Below, one piece after another: positions 62,895 through 64,000 of a stretch of 64,000 nt of DNA (positions are counted from its first letter, which is position 1; every line of letters starts with the position of its first letter). Source of the stretch: an uncultured delta proteobacterium. Its GTDB lineage: Bacteria; Desulfobacterota; Desulfomonilia; UBA1062. Where the stretch lies: assembly GCA_963752595.1 (NCBI GenBank), contig CAVVYZ010000019.1, forward strand, positions 32,001 through 96,000. The letters are read 5' to 3'. The translations under genes were made by a program, and so were the position numbers. The notes below the pieces were generated by a model. It searched no databases, was not told the origin of the DNA, and saw nothing but the letters and a program-made list of their open reading frames with translations.

Positions 62895-64000
62895 TTATTT
62901 CCTGGTCTGCATTCGTCCTTTTCTCCTGAACCAGAGCCTCATGAGAGCCTTTTCCAGCTCCACCAGCAGGAACACGGCAAGGCCCGCCCCTATGATCCAG
63001 CCCCATTCCACGGCGGGGATAGGGACCGTTCCGAACAGTCTATGGGACACGCCCAGGTAGGTGAAACCGAGCTGGAATATGACAAGCACGGCGACTGCGA
63101 TCAGCGCCGGGTTGTTGCCTCTAAAGACATGGAAGCCCAGCGCTGAGCTCGTGAGGAAGCGCGTGTTGAAAAGATAAAACATCTCGCCTGCCACCAGCAT
63201 GTTCACGGCCACGGTCCGGGATGCCTCGATGCTCGCCCCGGACCCGAGTCGCTCGTTGAATAGCATGATCACGGCTGCCCCGATAATTACGGAAACGAAA
63301 ACGATGCGCCAGAGCAGGTATCCGGAGAGGATCGGTTCATCGGGCTGCCTGGGCGGGCGCTGCATGATGTCCTTTTCTGCGGGCTCAAAGGCAAGGGCAA
63401 GGGCAAGGGTCACGGAGGTTATCATGTTCACCCACAGGATCTGAATCGGCGTTATGGGGAGGGATTCGAAGAGAATGATCACGGCGGTGATGACAACGAG
63501 CGATTCGGCCCCGTTGGTGGGCAGGATAAACAGGATCGTCTTGACCAGATTGTCGTAGATGGTCCTGCCCTCTTCCACGGCCTTCTCGATGGTGGCAAAG
63601 TTGTCGTCGGCAAGGACCACGTCCGACGCCTCCTTGGTGGCCTCGGTCCCTTTGATGCCCATAGCTATGCCCACATCGGCCCGCTTGAGCGCCGGTGCAT
63701 CGTTGACGCCGTCGCCGGTCATGGCCACCACGTGGCCCCTTGACTGCAGCGCCTCCATGATGCGCAGCTTGTGCTCCGGGCTGGATCTGGCGAAGACATC
63801 GTTCTCTTCTACCAGGCGGACCAGCTCCGGGCCTTCTGCCTTCTCAAGGTCTCTGCCGGAAACTGCATTCCGGCCGTCACCGATTCCCATGGAAGCAGCG
63901 ATGCTGCGGGCTGTTAAGACGTGGTCGCCGGTGATCATTTTGACCTTGATGCCTGCATTGCGGCATTTTTCAATGGCGATAGCGGCCTCCTGGCGTGGCG
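62895..64000 (-). CDS. Cation-transporting P-type ATPase (type IIA-like), C-terminal part
   Basis: MITGDH, MTGDGVNDAPALK, QILWVNM; runs off window. Confidence 0.93.
   Translation of the reverse strand, partial: PRQEAAIAIEKCRNAGIKVKMITGDHVLTARSIAASMGIGDGRNAVSGRDLEKAEGPELVRLVEENDVFARSSPEHKLRIMEALQSRGHVVAMTGDGVNDAPALKRADVGIAMGIKGTEATKEASDVVLADDNFATIEKAVEEGRTIYDNLVKTILFILPTNGAESLVVITAVIILFESLPITPIQILWVNMITSVTLALALAFEPAEKDIMQRPPRQPDEPILSGYLLWRIVFVSVIIGAAVIMLFNERLGSGASIEASRTVAVNMLVAGEMFYLFNTRFLTSSALGFHVFRGNNPALIAVAVLVIFQLGFTYLGVSHRLFGTVPIPAVEWGWIIGAGLAVFLLVELEKALMRLWFRRKGRMQTRK

Noticed and set aside
62588-62900. Integrative element at tRNA-Asn
   Set aside because: No integrase and no duplicated tRNA 3' end found in the window.

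Overview
A 64 kb chromosomal window from an anaerobic deltaproteobacterium-like organism (Desulfobacterota/Syntrophales-like gene content; this is inference). Many genes, including essential ones, carry single-base indels typical of an unpolished long-read assembly. Left to right: (1) acyl-CoA/SDR genes and a rearranged zone with REP-like palindromes (1-17.5 kb). This zone holds an AT-rich four-gene defence-like operon: C5 DNA methyltransferase, UvrD helicase fused to an Fe-S PD-(D/E)XK nuclease, ABC-ATPase/TOPRIM (OLD-like) protein, and Vsr. (2) A ~15 kb minus-strand run of exported proteins: three paralogous lipoproteins, TPR and ankyrin proteins, and a protein ending in a BPTI/Kunitz domain missed by the ORF track. 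(3) A convergent acyl-CoA catabolic cluster built around 4-hydroxybutyryl-CoA dehydratase and a TRAP transporter, with both arms preceded by the same covarying structured leader/terminator element. (4) The conserved yceD-rpmF-fabDG-acpP-fabF-rpiB-glyA-nrdR-ribD-ribE-ribBA-ribH-nusB cluster, a class IV aminotransferase, tRNA-Asn and a P-type ATPase. Best novelty candidates: the methyltransferase-coupled Gabija-like operon, the two-copy leader RNA, and the Kunitz-containing secretion locus.
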